Shown here: one piece after another, positions 25,405 to 37,256 of the stretch
How positions within the stretch are numbered: the stretch's first letter is position 1
Layout of the letters: each line of letters opens with the position of its first letter
Assembly (NCBI RefSeq): GCF_052425735.1
Contig: NC_135768.1
Span: 9,424,001 to 9,488,000, forward strand
DNA: 64,000 nucleotides
Source of the DNA: Oculina patagonica
Taxonomy: Eukaryota
Direction: 5' to 3'
The notes under the pieces: model-generated
Database searches by the model: none
What the model was told of the DNA's origin: nothing
The model's input: only the letters and a program-made list of their open reading frames with translations
Translations under genes and position numbers: made by a program

Positions 25405-28379
25405 TTAAGCGGTTTCTTTGTGAACAACATACAGAAAATGTTGGAACCCTGCGCATGTGTCAAGTTCACGCCAGGAAAATCGTACCTTGCAGCTCTTAGA
25501 GGTTGTGAGTCCTGTTTGAAGTAATTTACTTTTCACATTTCCCAATGCGTTCAGACGCAATTCAGGAGGTTCATCTGAAAATTGTACTAGTTTTCCATCT
25601 GGTTTTAAGACGCGTAGGCATTCTGCTACGACGTCCCGAAAGGCACTTTCTCCGTTGGGTCCCTTTAGAACTGCATCACAAGTGCCCTTGTCGATAGCCA
25701 ATGAAAACGTCCCTTCTTTGAACGGCAAATCCTTAGCATCGGCTTGGTGACAAGCCAATCCCGTCCAGTCCCGCGGGTCAAGATTAGTCTGCAGTCTTCT
25801 CTCCGCATCGAAGGAATTGTTTGCAAGGAACCCCCGCTTACGAATGATTTTCCCCAGTGCTTTTATCGCTTCCGGTGAAAAGTCGATGCAGTCGATGCGA
25901 CATTTCCGGTTTAGGTGCTCAAAGAGTTCCAAGCTGAAATCTGAGGTCCCACAACCAATCTCTAAGATCCTTGTAAGGTCCTTGTCACTAACAGGGGGTA
26001 GGTAAGGCTCGAAATGTCCTCTGACGTCTTCAAATTGAACAAACCAATCGAAGGTTTTATCACCTTGACGACTGGCATAAAAGTTGTTCCAGAACGATTG
26101 ATCGGACATGTCTCCAAAACGGCGTAGTACAAACAGACCTGCAAACAAAGCGGCATGCAATATAACCTGTGATGATAAATTAAAACCTGTATAATCTGAA
26201 GTAAATAAACGTGTGTTGTTGTTGTTGTCTGCTTGACAATGATCTATGATGCTGTAAGGAGAATTCAGGTGTCAATCACTCTTGGAAATATTTTTAGATA
26301 CATAATGGAAAAAAGAATAAAAATTGTAAGTGTATGCATGCAATTTGAAGGATTGCATGAATATGAAGAATTTTTCAGTATCATTCATAAAACGTTCAAG
26401 GAATTGTGCATGCTACAATTGGTTATTAAGAGTTCAACAGAGCTTAGTAATGCAGGTTACCTTGCCAACATCACACACTGCATTACTAAGTAATAAATTA
26501 TCCATGCAACCTATGTCACAAGGTTCAAGCAAGTGCAATATGTTAAACATTCTTATAAAGGAAATAGCAAGCTACTTATTAGCTTCATCTAGCTAGTTGT
26601 GCATTGTCCAGCTACTAAGCTCTTGGGAATTTTTAAGAACACTCAAGAAGTGCAAAAAGCAATCAACCAGGCTAAATGTTTCTGTGTGCTCTTCTAGATA
26701 GTATTTTCAGAAATGCCAGCATGTTCATATTGGTCAAGTAATATAAGCATACAGGAGTTTTAAAGACCATGACGAGAGGAGGAGTGCATCAAGAGGAGTG
26801 CATCAAGGGAAGCACTTCTCAAGTGCTTTTAAAACTCAACAATGCATGAGGAGCAAGTCTACTTTCTACTTTATAAAACTATCAAGAAATCATGCATGCT
26901 CAAACTCGTGACATAGGCCATGTGCCTTATAACTCAAATAAACAGGGGGGAGGGCAGTTGCTAGATTCATTTTTTTTAAGAACATGAAATTCTAAAATTA
27001 CATGAAATATCTCTCTGAAAATTTCACCTCTCATCTAAAAATTAAAAGTTGCTCTCTGGTTAGTGCACTGGACTCTGGATGTTAAGCCTTTACCAGGGTA
27101 ATTGTGTTGTGTAATCTCGTTCCCACATCTCGCGGGTTAGACGAAGCTGGAAGGCGAGGATCTCGCCTTCGGCTTGGCCCGCAAGATCTGGGAACGAGAT
27201 TATGTGTTGTGTTCTTGGGCAACTGGTGACACTATTTGAACAATAGTGTTTCGTGGTTTGGCTGATAGTTGCCACATGGAAATTTGATGTTCTTAAAACA
27301 AATATGAGCCCGAGAAGCAAGACTTCAAGGGCTAATATGCTAGTTTTAAGAATATCAAATTTCCAAGGGGCAACTATCAGATCAATAGTTCAGAGACGAA
27401 AACACTCTATCATTTTAATTTATTGTTCACCACTAAATTTTCTTCCGTACACCCATTAAAAAGTGAACATTTTGAATTATTTTTTACTTTTAAGTACAAA
27501 AGACTTAAATCAAAGCCGAAATCACAAACGAAACAAAACCCAGGCAAGAAACCCACTAAATGCAGTGAATTTAGTAGGGTTTCTCTGTCTGTAGACCCAC
27601 TTGTTTTATGGACGAGTACTATACATCCAGGCATTTTTTTCAGAAGGGCACTCTGGGCTGATAGTGCCCTCTGCAGGTGAACACTATCACGTCACGTGAT
27701 CAGTTTAAACCAATCAGAATCAAAGAAAATTTAGTGGTGAACTAACAACTTGCATAGTGCCTCTTTACACCCAGGAGTATGACTGGGTTCCTGCGAACTC
27801 ACGCTGGAAGGTGGGGGGGGGGAGACGCGGGTTCGAATCCTGCTCGGGGCATGTAATTTTTTCTTTCATTTCAGAGACGTGTGTCGAAAGCCTTCTGTAA
27901 TTTATTTACATCTTTCTTCCTACCTAAAAAGAGGTCACAATCCCGAAAAACAGAGAACAACTTTTAATTTGAAATTAAATGTTTGCATAATTTGATACGC
28001 ATGACAAAGCAGGCCATTTTTTACGATTGTCTGCAGGGATGTAGCTACTAAGAGCCCGGGCCGCTACCAGGCTAATTTCACTGGTTGAAAGAGACCTTAT
28101 TACCAGCTGAAATTTCACAAGAAAACATAGAATTTAGCTAAATTTGAAGGTATTAAAACCAGAAAAGCCGGGTGGGGTTTTCAATGAGCCTGTTTTTTGT
28201 AGCTACATCCGTGTGTCTGTCACAAAACAGTCACGCCGCTATGTCACGTCACGACTACAACACATTACACGTATCTTGTATACTTATCTTACTGTACCTT
28301 TCTTCGAGGCCAGAAAATTGAAGGTTTTCTTGATCGATGTCAGAAGGAAACTTCGTCTAATTGCGAAGAGACTCATCAT
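25405..28379 (-). CDS. CSKMT: Citrate synthase lysine N-methyltransferase, mitochondrial (CSKMT/METTL12-like), 2 exons
   Basis: Exon 2 (26138-25405) has TFDWF, LEIGCGTS, IDFSPEAI, DKGTCDAV and ECLRVLKPDGKLVQFSDEPPELRL, matching the METTL12 pattern. Predicted exon 1 (28379-28298) encodes MMSLFAIRRSFLLTSIKKTFNFLASKK, a basic acid-free transit-peptide-like sequence that splices in frame. Confidence 0.85.
27112..27202. mobile_element. 91-bp palindromic MITE with 9-bp TSD, inserted in a SINE
   Basis: TAATCTCGTTCCCA...TGGGAACGAGATTA flanked by TGTGTTGTG at 27103-27111 and 27203-27211. Confidence 0.85.
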
Positions 28380-28599
28380 TCAAGTAGAAGTGATTCCAGA
28401 GATTTCTTTTGAGCTCTTTTCTGCTCTTTTTCAACGCGCGCAGGTTATCATCTCGTGTCGTCAATTACAAAACAGCTTGAAATGAAGTCCAGTGGCTTTT
28501 TAGCAAAAAAATATATTTTCCCGGCAATATTTGTAGGAATGTAGCGAATATGACGCAAGTTGTCCAAGAATTTGACGAATTCACCCCATTCATTCATTC

Positions 28600-28740
28600 G
28601 CCGCAGAATCCACGTCCACGTCGGCCATTTTGAATAGTCTGATACTAGTCGTCTGAATACGTATGCAAGCATAGCCAGCAGTCAAAACAAATTTGCGTGT
28701 GCGCCGCGCATTGTAAACTGTCATGGCGGAGATGGCGGAT
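28600..28740. promoter_or_regulatory. Putative bidirectional promoter between CSKMT and PCMT1
   Basis: Divergent start codons 360-400 bp apart; YY1-like motifs AAAATGGCCG (minus strand, ~28622-28631) and CATGGCGG/AGATGGCGG (plus strand, 28722-28738). Confidence 0.55.
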
Positions 28741-28777
28741 GGGAGTTACAGCTAGCAGATTTGCACTTGTCCGAAAT

Positions 28778-31700
28778 ATGGCGTGGAGATCTCACGGGGA
28801 TAGCAACAGTGATCTTATAGACCAGCTTAAAAGTATGCAGCGTTGTGATTTGTTTTGCGCAATGTCATTTTTAACCTCTCTTCTTGTCTTGTTTTCAGTT
28901 CATGAAGTGTTGAAGAGCAAACGCGTCGAAGAGGCTCTTCGTCGTGTTGACAGAAAGCATTACTGCCGGAGTCGCGCATTTGAAGATTCTCCGCAACCAA
29001 TAGGTTTGTGTGATGCATATAACATTGTTGAATTTTATAAATAAGCTAATACAGTTCCATGTTTTACCAAACGATCTGACACAAATACCAGCTGACTTCG
29101 TACAAGGTCAGGCTCTTTTTCCGCGCAGAGAAAAATAAACACTCTCTAGCTAGCTACTAATTGCATACTGATACAGCTGACCCGAGGCAGGGAGAGATTT
29201 TTTAGCGATATACAATTTGCCATTTCAATATTTTGAGGGGTCATAAGTTTTCGCCGACGTCTTTTCTTCTTATTTAATTTATGTTGTTATTTTTTTTTGG
29301 GGGGGGGGGGAGGTGGAGGAGAGGTGGTAAGTCATCCGGATGCCATTCTAGACAAGCACTGTCTTGATTTCACCTGCTATACACACTTTTGAAACACACA
29401 ATGATCTTCAGCTTATGCTACACCCTGGTATTTTGGAGTCTTACAAATGTGCGAGGCAGCAAGGCATGCGAGGCTAAGCAGTGAGGCAAGGCAGCATTCA
29501 TGCAAGGCAGAAATCCCTACTCCAAATAAAAAGGCTAACCACAAGCTATCTAAGCTAACCGTAGGCTAACCAGAGTGCTATTATGGCTAACCGGAGTGCT
29601 ATTAAGGCTACCAGAATGGATCGCACACCTGGATGCCCTGCACTTTGTCACAGAGTGAAACATAGATGAGGGGCCTGAAGGGGTTCAGTGTAAAATGGGA
29701 ACTGGGATTTGGGCAAATTTGTACTGGGAAAATGGGATTTAGGTCAGTGGGACTGGGAATCACACACAAAATACAATGGAACTGGGACTGGGATTTGGAA
29801 AATTTTGGGAAAACAATAGGCTGAGAAATGGGATTTAGGCAGGTGTACATTAGAACCTGTCTGTCCTTTGGTGGGCTAACTTTTTATCGGGTGCAATGTT
29901 GGGTGTTTTCATTGGGTGTAAGCATGCCCCCTGCCCCCATTGTGTGTATGTCAATATGTGTACAATGTAATTGCACTGCTTACAATACTAAATTGTGTCA
30001 CTTTTTTACTTTTCAAGGTTTTCAAGCAACAATCAGTGCACCACATATGGTAAGGAGAATAAAGAGTAATCAACTTGTGCTGTGCAAGTGCATACAATTT
30101 CCATGTATTTACATAACAGTGTGCCTTCAGATGAACCTTTTCTTGCCTGAAACAGGATGTAGAGCAGATTGAAAGTACGCCTTCTCTTGCTCAACAACAG
30201 GGAGATCAAGGCAAAATTAACAATGTTGTCCTTGAAGTCATCCTACATACATTGCACCTGTTTGTATACAGTGTAGGCCTTTCATTTTTCAACAAAAAAG
30301 CAGGACCTACATGTACAATATGTACATGTAAACCATGAAGCGACTGGGAGTATTTCTACTCCCCCTGGATTGGATGCTAGTCCATAACAGGGTATCCCCC
30401 CAGCATTTAATTTGCCATTACCCATTTATACACCTGGGCCCGGTTGTTCAAAGCACGATTAAGCTAATCCAGGATTAGCGTGAAATTTGATTTCAATTTT
30501 ATATAATTTCGTTGAGGTTTTCTGTTAATATTTTCTGTCCCACAGTTTTGACATGTACCAATCTCAAACTTAACAAAATAAATTAGCTTTGGGAAACCCT
30601 TTAAAACAAGAGAAATTAAAATCTTGTTCATCTTTTAATCCTGGGTTAGCGTTAATCGTCTTTCGAACAACCCGGCCCAGGGTGATAAGATGCACTGAGA
30701 GTAAAGTGTCTTGCCAAAAAAAAATATAGTGACCCAGCCAGGGCTCGAACCCAGACCACTAACCATTAGGCCAGCGCACTTTCCACCTTGCCGCCTCCCT
30801 TCATGTTCATGTACAGGCAGTTATTTTCCTTGAGCCTTTTTGCAGTGATTTGTTGTTCCGTTTCAGCATGTATATGCCTTGCAGCAGCTTGAGGAACATC
30901 TCAAGGAAGGTGCCTGTGCTTTAGATGTTGGCTCTGGAAGTGGATATCTCACAGCTGCTATGGCTTACATGGTAAAATGTAATTATTTTTAATTATAATT
31001 AAAGTAATAATCACGACAACAAGCCCAAAAGTGAGACCACTGTTTACAAATTCACATTCTCATTACGACTCCATCGCGCTTTAAATGTGTCTTTCTGAAA
31101 TGGGCAATACCGCTGGAAATTGTAGTCTGAAGGCTCCATTTATTCCTTTAGGTAAAAGTTTCGGTAGCTGTGCAGTCGTTTTCCAATCAGAAGTTAAGGA
31201 CACCTTCCAGTTGACTTCTGATTGGGTTAAATCTCCATGAAAGAATGTTAATACCGTAGATGTACATTAAATAAAGTCACACTTTTGAACTCTTTGCTGT
31301 AATACTCCTTTGTGTTCTGAGGATCAGAAATTAATTTGGTTTTTGTTCACAAACTACAGTTCTGTTACTGATAGGCCATCAGAAGGTTATCTTTAAAACC
31401 TAATTTTCTTTCAACTGCAGGTTGGCGAAACTGGAAAGGTTTATGGCATTGATCACATTGATCAACTTGTGAAAGACTCTCTGGCTAATATCAGAAAAGG
31501 AAATCCTGAACTCCTTGAAAAGGACAGAGTAAAAATAGTCAGTAAGTACCATTGTGTTAAAAATATTATTATTTGGCACTTTATGCCCAGTTATTATGTA
31601 ACTGATTATCAACCAAGCACAAGGGCCACAATAGAAAAAATATCATTCCTAAGTACATGGCAAGGCTGCCATTGCATTTTTAAGCAGCCTTTAGCATTTT

Positions 31701-34700
31701 GCTCCATGCGTAAGTGTAACATACATGTAACACCAATCAACATCCCCACCCATAAAATCAAGTGAACTTAGCCACAGCAGGCATTACGGGTTACAGCCCT
31801 TAATGACAGCCCTGCATGCGCGTGTATGGATAAAGAACAGAAATGTCCACACATGAAACCAAATGGATATTCTCCAAGTATGGTCTGACCAAGCTGATAA
31901 GAGATTTTAGATAGCACCTTAATGATAAAAAATATGAGCAGGAGCTTGGCAAACCCAGCTTAATTTTACTTTGTGTTGTCCATGTTTCATAGCTGGTGAT
32001 GGACGGAAAGGATATGAACCTGGAAAACCATATGACGCAATCCATGTAGGAGCAGCTGCTGCAGATTTGCCACCAGCTGTGAGTAGAAAGTGAAATAACC
32101 AGATTTGTTACATCTGTCAGATATATGCATGCTGTAATGCCATATTCTACAACTTAAAGCCTGCTTGTCATGCACTTCATTTAAAGCATTTTTCTTCCTC
32201 AATTAAATTATGGAGCGATTACAATTATTCCTTGATTAGTATGTTTTTGTTTTAGCTTCTAGAGCAGCTGAAGCCAGGTGGTCGTCTTATTTGTCCTGTT
32301 GGTGCAGAGGGCAGGAATCAGGTCCTTGAGCAACATGACAAGCTAGAGGATGGTCAGATTGTGAAAAAGAATCTTATGGGAGTGATCTACGTTCCACTCT
32401 GTGACAAGAAACATCAGTGGCCAGGTTGTAAGTTACCTTGCCTTTGGTATAAAATTAGTTCTTTATACCAGGCATAACTAATCGATGACATCAATGACAT
32501 CAATGAGTAATCAATGAGTAATCAATAGGTAATCGATAGGTAATCAGTTGATTAGTCATTGATTATTGCCGATGATCAATGAGTTATTGATGACTAATCG
32601 ATAGGCCACAAAATTTTTGGTCATCGATTAGTCATCGATTGCATTGATTACTCATCGATATCATCTCGTGGTTGAAAACCGGAACTTGTAAAAGTATTAA
32701 ATACTCAAGCTTGTACAACGCCATAACGTCTAGTAATATCATGTTTACACGTGAAAAAAGCAGCACAGAAAGTAAAAGTGCTTGCAGCTGTTCCGGTGCG
32801 TAATGTAACTGCTTATGACGGATGTCTCCCTAAGCCGAAGCAGTTTTACTTTGCTGACAAACATCCACCGAACAAAAGCTATAACCATGTAGTCGTTTCT
32901 TGTCTGAGTACTTGTTAGTTTCATTTTCAGACTGGTTGGTTTTGCTGTACAGTTGTTTTGTTATTAAATAAAGAGTTGGGTTAAGTGTACCCTTATTTGA
33001 CCTTTTGTGATGGCGTAATTTCGTCAACAAGAATGCTAGTAATAAAGCAAAATATGACTATAAAAAAAAACACAAACGAAAAAATGGTACAAGAAAGCAA
33101 GGATTGTGTCTTTTGTGTGCAGTATAATAGTCGATAAGTAATCGATGGGTCATCGATGATATAATCAATAACATCAATAGGTAATCAATTACATCAATGA
33201 ATAATCGATGTCATTGATGAGTAATCGATAGGCCACAAAATGTTTGGGCTTCGATTACTCATCGATTACTCATTGATCATCGCCAATAATCAATGACTAA
33301 TCAACTGATTACTCATCGATTACTCATTGATTACCAATTGATGTCATTGATCATCGATTAGTTATGCCTGGTTTATAGTGTTTAGCCCCTGAGTGCCCGA
33401 TTGGCACATTTTACCAGGGCTGCAAATAATTTTTTTCACTTGAAAGGACATATGTCCTACCGTACTAAGACACCATCTTGGTCGGACAAAACAAATATTT
33501 TGGTTGGACATCACCAAAAACAAAAGGTAGAATTTTATTCATTGTTGCCATAAAATGATTTATGATCAAAAAATTTTGTCCGGACATCATGACTAGACTC
33601 GGGTCTTTCGTCGGACATGAGCAAATTTTGGTCAGCCAATATCCGATGACCGACTGTTATTTGCAGCCCTGTTTTACCATACCATATGTGCTGCCCCCAA
33701 TTTTAATTGGGGGCACATGTAGCACTTAAAAGAGCTACCTGGTTCACTGTACATGTGACACCAAAAACATTAAAAAGCACCACACCCCTAAACAACAATC
33801 TTTTGAAAACACTTGAACTCTAGGCTGTACATATTGAAAGTGGCTTAACCGCTGTAGGCCTTGATGCAGCCACTTGACTCTGATTGAGAAAAACACAGTG
33901 ACAGTTTTTGTTGCATGCATCTTTTATCGGAGTATCATGTACACTGTATTTCTTATTCAAAAATGCTTCATAATGAGTGTCGGCCGTAAATAACTTCTGC
34001 ATCAAAAAAGAAAAGCAAATTTATTAAGCAATATGGACATTTTTGAGTAAATCCAGTAATTGTTCAATGTTTAGCCAATTTGCTTGACTTTTTGTCATCC
34101 AAATTGTCTCAAATGAAATTGTTTTCTAAGGCATAGATTTGTACTACTTCCTTGACCACCCTTAAGTAGGTTTTGAAACATGACTGTGATAAACAACATT
34201 CATTGTTACATGTATATAGCTGGAGTTTTTCCCCGACAGAGTGCACTCTCATTGGCTACTTCGAGGTCACATGACATCTAACAAAAAAAATCACCCACTA
34301 GAAGTCTCCGAGTGAGCAAAAATGCAAAATCTATGAAGTCAGAGGGTTACAGTGCACTGTTGCCTGCAAATGTTGACTGGCGAGCGCCGTTCTTCTACAT
34401 GTAAATTCTTCATTGAGCTATAAATTATAGCAAATCACTTAATGACTGGTCGCTCAGGAAACCAGTAAATTTTGCTTCCCTTGAATCTCAATGTTTTCCT
34501 CAGCTCCGCATTGGGAAACATTGAGATTCTCGGGAAATAAAATTTACTGTTCCGTTAGGGACCAGTCATTAGTATGTTAGATGTAGCTGGCTTTGATGCA
34601 CACAGTGGTGTATATCAACAGATTTCCGCTAGGTGTAATAAGGGGTATTGAACAGAAACCTTTTCCCTGGATGTGGTTTGTTAGAAGTTCAAAGGAACGA

Positions 34701-34838
34701 AATTGTAAGAATGGAATCGCATACTAGTTTATTAACGATTTAGTGTTTGGTGAACTGAAGGTTTTTTTTTTTACTTTTAAGACTGTAAATGAAACTAATT
34801 TTTTTTTTCTGTTTTTTTTTTTTTCTCTAGAATTCTGA
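28778..34838 (+). CDS. PCMT1: Protein-L-isoaspartate(D-aspartate) O-methyltransferase
   Basis: Exons 28778-28832 ([18 protein letters not shown]), 28899-29003, 30018-30049 ([11 protein letters not shown]), 30867-30971 ([13 protein letters not shown]), 31421-31541, 31993-32078 ([18 protein letters not shown]), 32256-32424/32427 ([16 protein letters not shown]...LMGVIYVPL). The last exon probably starts at the acceptor 34830/34831; the terminal residues are ambiguous. Confidence 0.95.
29673..29850. repeat. Repeat fragment with tandem ACTGGGA(TTT) motifs
   Basis: Multiple (A)CTGGGA/ATGGGATTT units, resembling subterminal repeats of a DNA transposon. Confidence 0.5.
30337..30780 (-). mobile_element. 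tRNA-derived SINE interrupted by a MITE
   Basis: B-box (reverse complement of GGGCTCGAACCC, ~30741-30752) and A-box remnant (ACTAACCATTAGGCCA); body shared with the ~16175 and ~27050 copies. Confidence 0.7.
30437..30677. mobile_element. Harbinger-like MITE with CWG target site
   Basis: TIR GGCCCGGTTGTTC.AA...ACGATTAA / TTAATCGT...TTCGAACAACCCGGCC; flanks CTG and CAG. Confidence 0.8.
32468..33371. mobile_element. Non-autonomous DNA transposon with long subterminal repeat arrays and 6-bp TSD
   Basis: TIR CCAGGCATAACTAATCGATGA / TCATCGATTAGTTATGCCTGG; TTTATA at 32462-32467 and 33372-33377; arrays of TAATCGAT/TAATCAAT at both ends. Confidence 0.9.
33415..33671. mobile_element. hAT-like MITE with 6-bp TSD
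   Basis: TIR CAGGGCTGCAAATAA / TTATTTGCAGCCCTG; TTTTAC at 33409-33414 and 33672-33677. Confidence 0.9.
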
Positions 34839-35395
34839 AGGAAAAGAAAAAATTGCCAAGTGGAGGCAAATTTTATCTCGATGCGTGGTTCATGATTGGG
34901 TCCTGCTTTTCACCCTTCGCCACAACTTAGAAGAATTTCGTCAGCCTTCGAAAAACCAAATATTGCAATGACGTCAAAGGCAAAGTTATGAAGAAGCATT
35001 TCCCTGATGACAAAAAACTGTTTTTAACTTAAATAGAAACTTTGTTTCTGTATTAACAATTTATTATAGTTACTGTAGACAAGAAGCAGTCCGTGACTGT
35101 TAATTAAAAGCTAAAAGACAATTGACTGAGAGTAAATTAAAGCTTCATTTGTCTTAATTCAATGTAAATCTTGGGTTAATAAGCACTTATTGACTGAGAG
35201 TGAGGGACGAACGGGAAAATACACGATATGGTCCGAGCGCACTGAGATCCGTGAGTCAAATATATTAACATACATTCAGTTGTATGCGACTTTTCATTCA
35301 TAAAAATTACACACGCGCGCGCAATTTTTTGGCGCGTGCCAGGAGCATTTTCAAAACGGCACACGACTACAAATAACGGACTGTTTATTTCTTCG

Positions 35396-35436
35396 TGCCA
35401 CCCTGAAGAAGGCAGTATTGCCGAAACGTCGGCGCA
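35396..35436 (+). ncRNA. Minimal type-I hammerhead ribozyme motif (Penelope-like element terminus)
   Basis: CTGAAGA-A-GGCA(GTAT)TGCC-GAAA-CGTC: both core boxes, a perfect stem II, palindromic ACGT in place of stem III, a GUC cleavage triplet and a partial stem I. Confidence 0.6.
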
Positions 35437-35820
35437 GTTTTATACCGCCATTTAGAGTCATTTTGGAACATTAACAATTATTTTTAACATATGTACCCGA
35501 GCCAACGGGCTTTTATTTCTTAGTCATCCAATAAGTACATTAATGATGCACTTATTTACCGAGAGGGTTGGACAGGATAATACTTGCCAAACGTATTCTG
35601 AGTATGATCGATAATTTCCAATCTTTCCAAAGATTGCTTGATGATATAATTGAGATATTTATCGAAGATCATGTTGCACAAAAGCTCGGCCCTTCCTTCA
35701 ACCGGCCAGACACGTCCTTGCTGGGTAAACTTTACTGAATTACAAAATCTTTCCTTTGGACAGACTCCTCTCCGTGGCAAAAGAAAGAGGACTAGGTCTA
35801 AAATGGCACCGTAAAGGGGA

Positions 35821-35898
35821 CAATCTCGTTCACAGAGCCCACGCTTTCCTTTACCAGCGGTCGGAAAAGGAGTTACGCGGGCTCTGGGAACGAGATTG
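35821..35898. mobile_element. Miniature palindromic element (CAATCTCGTTC TIR)
   Basis: CAATCTCGTTCACAGAGCCC...GGGCTCTGGGAACGAGATTG. Confidence 0.75.
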
Positions 35899-36163
35899 TC
35901 AAAAGGGCTACTACTTTGTGCGCATGTGCGTAGGGTGTAGCAATCATTTGTCTTCATCTCGAAGTCCCAGCGTTTCACGCGTCAAAACGAGGAACATTTT
36001 ATTTATCTTTTTTTTTTGATATTTTAATTACACAAAAACAAATTAAATAATCTAAGAGGCCGAAAACCAAATAAATATTCATAGCAGTCCTAAATTTGCT
36101 ATATGAAACAGTTGAGAAATCTGCCATGTTTACGAACGGTGAACTAGCATTTCGCTTGTCACA

Positions 36164-36209
<46 letters not shown>
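36164..36209. repeat. (GAT)n microsatellite
   Basis: About 15 GAT units; source of the poly-Ile spurious ORF. Confidence 0.95.
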
Positions 36210-36283
36210 CGTAAAAAATACAAATTAATGAATAAAAAATTACTGAATAAATAAAATAAATTTTGTATAAAAAAGGCTATCAT

Positions 36284-37256
36284 TAGACTACGAGCAGTCC
36301 CTATTTTTTCGCAGAGTCCGTCGAGCTTGAAGCGAATTTTTTTTTCGAAGAGTTCGTCGAGCTTATTAATAGCGTGGGGGGAGGAGGCGGGGCAAGGCGA
36401 GAAGCGAAAAAAATAGGGACTACCCGCTAAGCCACAGTGTTTGAATTATGCGTTGCTCTCACAACGCAAAAATATGATTGGCTAACGCTTGGAAAGTTGA
36501 CAGCAAGATGTCAATACGTTGTTAACACTTGCATGTCATATTGCGAAGCGATGGGAGCGGGAGCTTTTGAGCTCTCGAAATCGCTTCTTGAATCGTACTT
36601 TGTCGCTATAAAATTGCATCTCCGAAGAACATTTTTAATTCAGTGTATGAGCAGCAAGCCGCCAAAGTACGGAGCGAAAATAAGAGAGGAGAATTCAACC
36701 AAAAGTAGCTTTATTCCACAGAAATTCAAGGCTCGTAAACAAGACAACGGCTGTTTTGCGCGAGCTTCGTATAAATTACAAGCCGGGAATAAACAAATTT
36801 AAACAAACAGAAGCGCTTTAAACACTTACATCAAGCTGCCTTTACATTAAGTAGACCATAGAGGTGAATCAGTGTTAAAAAATAAACATTGCTGGAACTG
36901 TATAAATCGCCAGAGATAAAACTTTGCAGACGATTCATCAAAAAAGCTTTGAGTTTGATGCGTACGTGACAAACCCAACCAAGTGCAGCGGTGTCAATTG
37001 ACAGTACGTCAAAATGCGGAAATATTATTGGACACGGCAAATTAGATTTGAAATCGAAGCCAAAAATCACTCGGCCGTGAAAGGTCAAACGCTGTGGCTT
37101 TGCGGGTAGTCCCTATTTTTTTTTCGCTTCTCGCCTTGCCCCGCCTCCTCCCTCCGCGCGTAATTTTTTCGCTATAAGCTCGACGAACTCTTCGAAAAAA
37201 AATTTCGCTTCAAGCTCGACGGACTTTGCGAAAAAATAGGGACTGCTCGTAGTCTA
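36284..37256. mobile_element. Non-autonomous DNA transposon, ~140-bp TIRs, 9-bp TSD (AcademH- or Mutator-like)
   Basis: TAGACTACGAGCAGTCCCTATTTTTTCGCA / TGCGAAAAAATAGGGACTGCTCGTAGTCTA; GGCTATCAT at 36275-36283 and 37257-37265. Confidence 0.9.

Noticed and set aside
26139-26160. ORF-track start of CSKMT (MHAALF...)
   Set aside because: The codon is TTG and lies at splice acceptors; a real ATG exon exists at 28379.
27815-27852. tRNA gene
   Set aside because: Only a T-arm/B-box fragment (GGGTTCGAATCCTGC) is present; no D-arm or anticodon arm.
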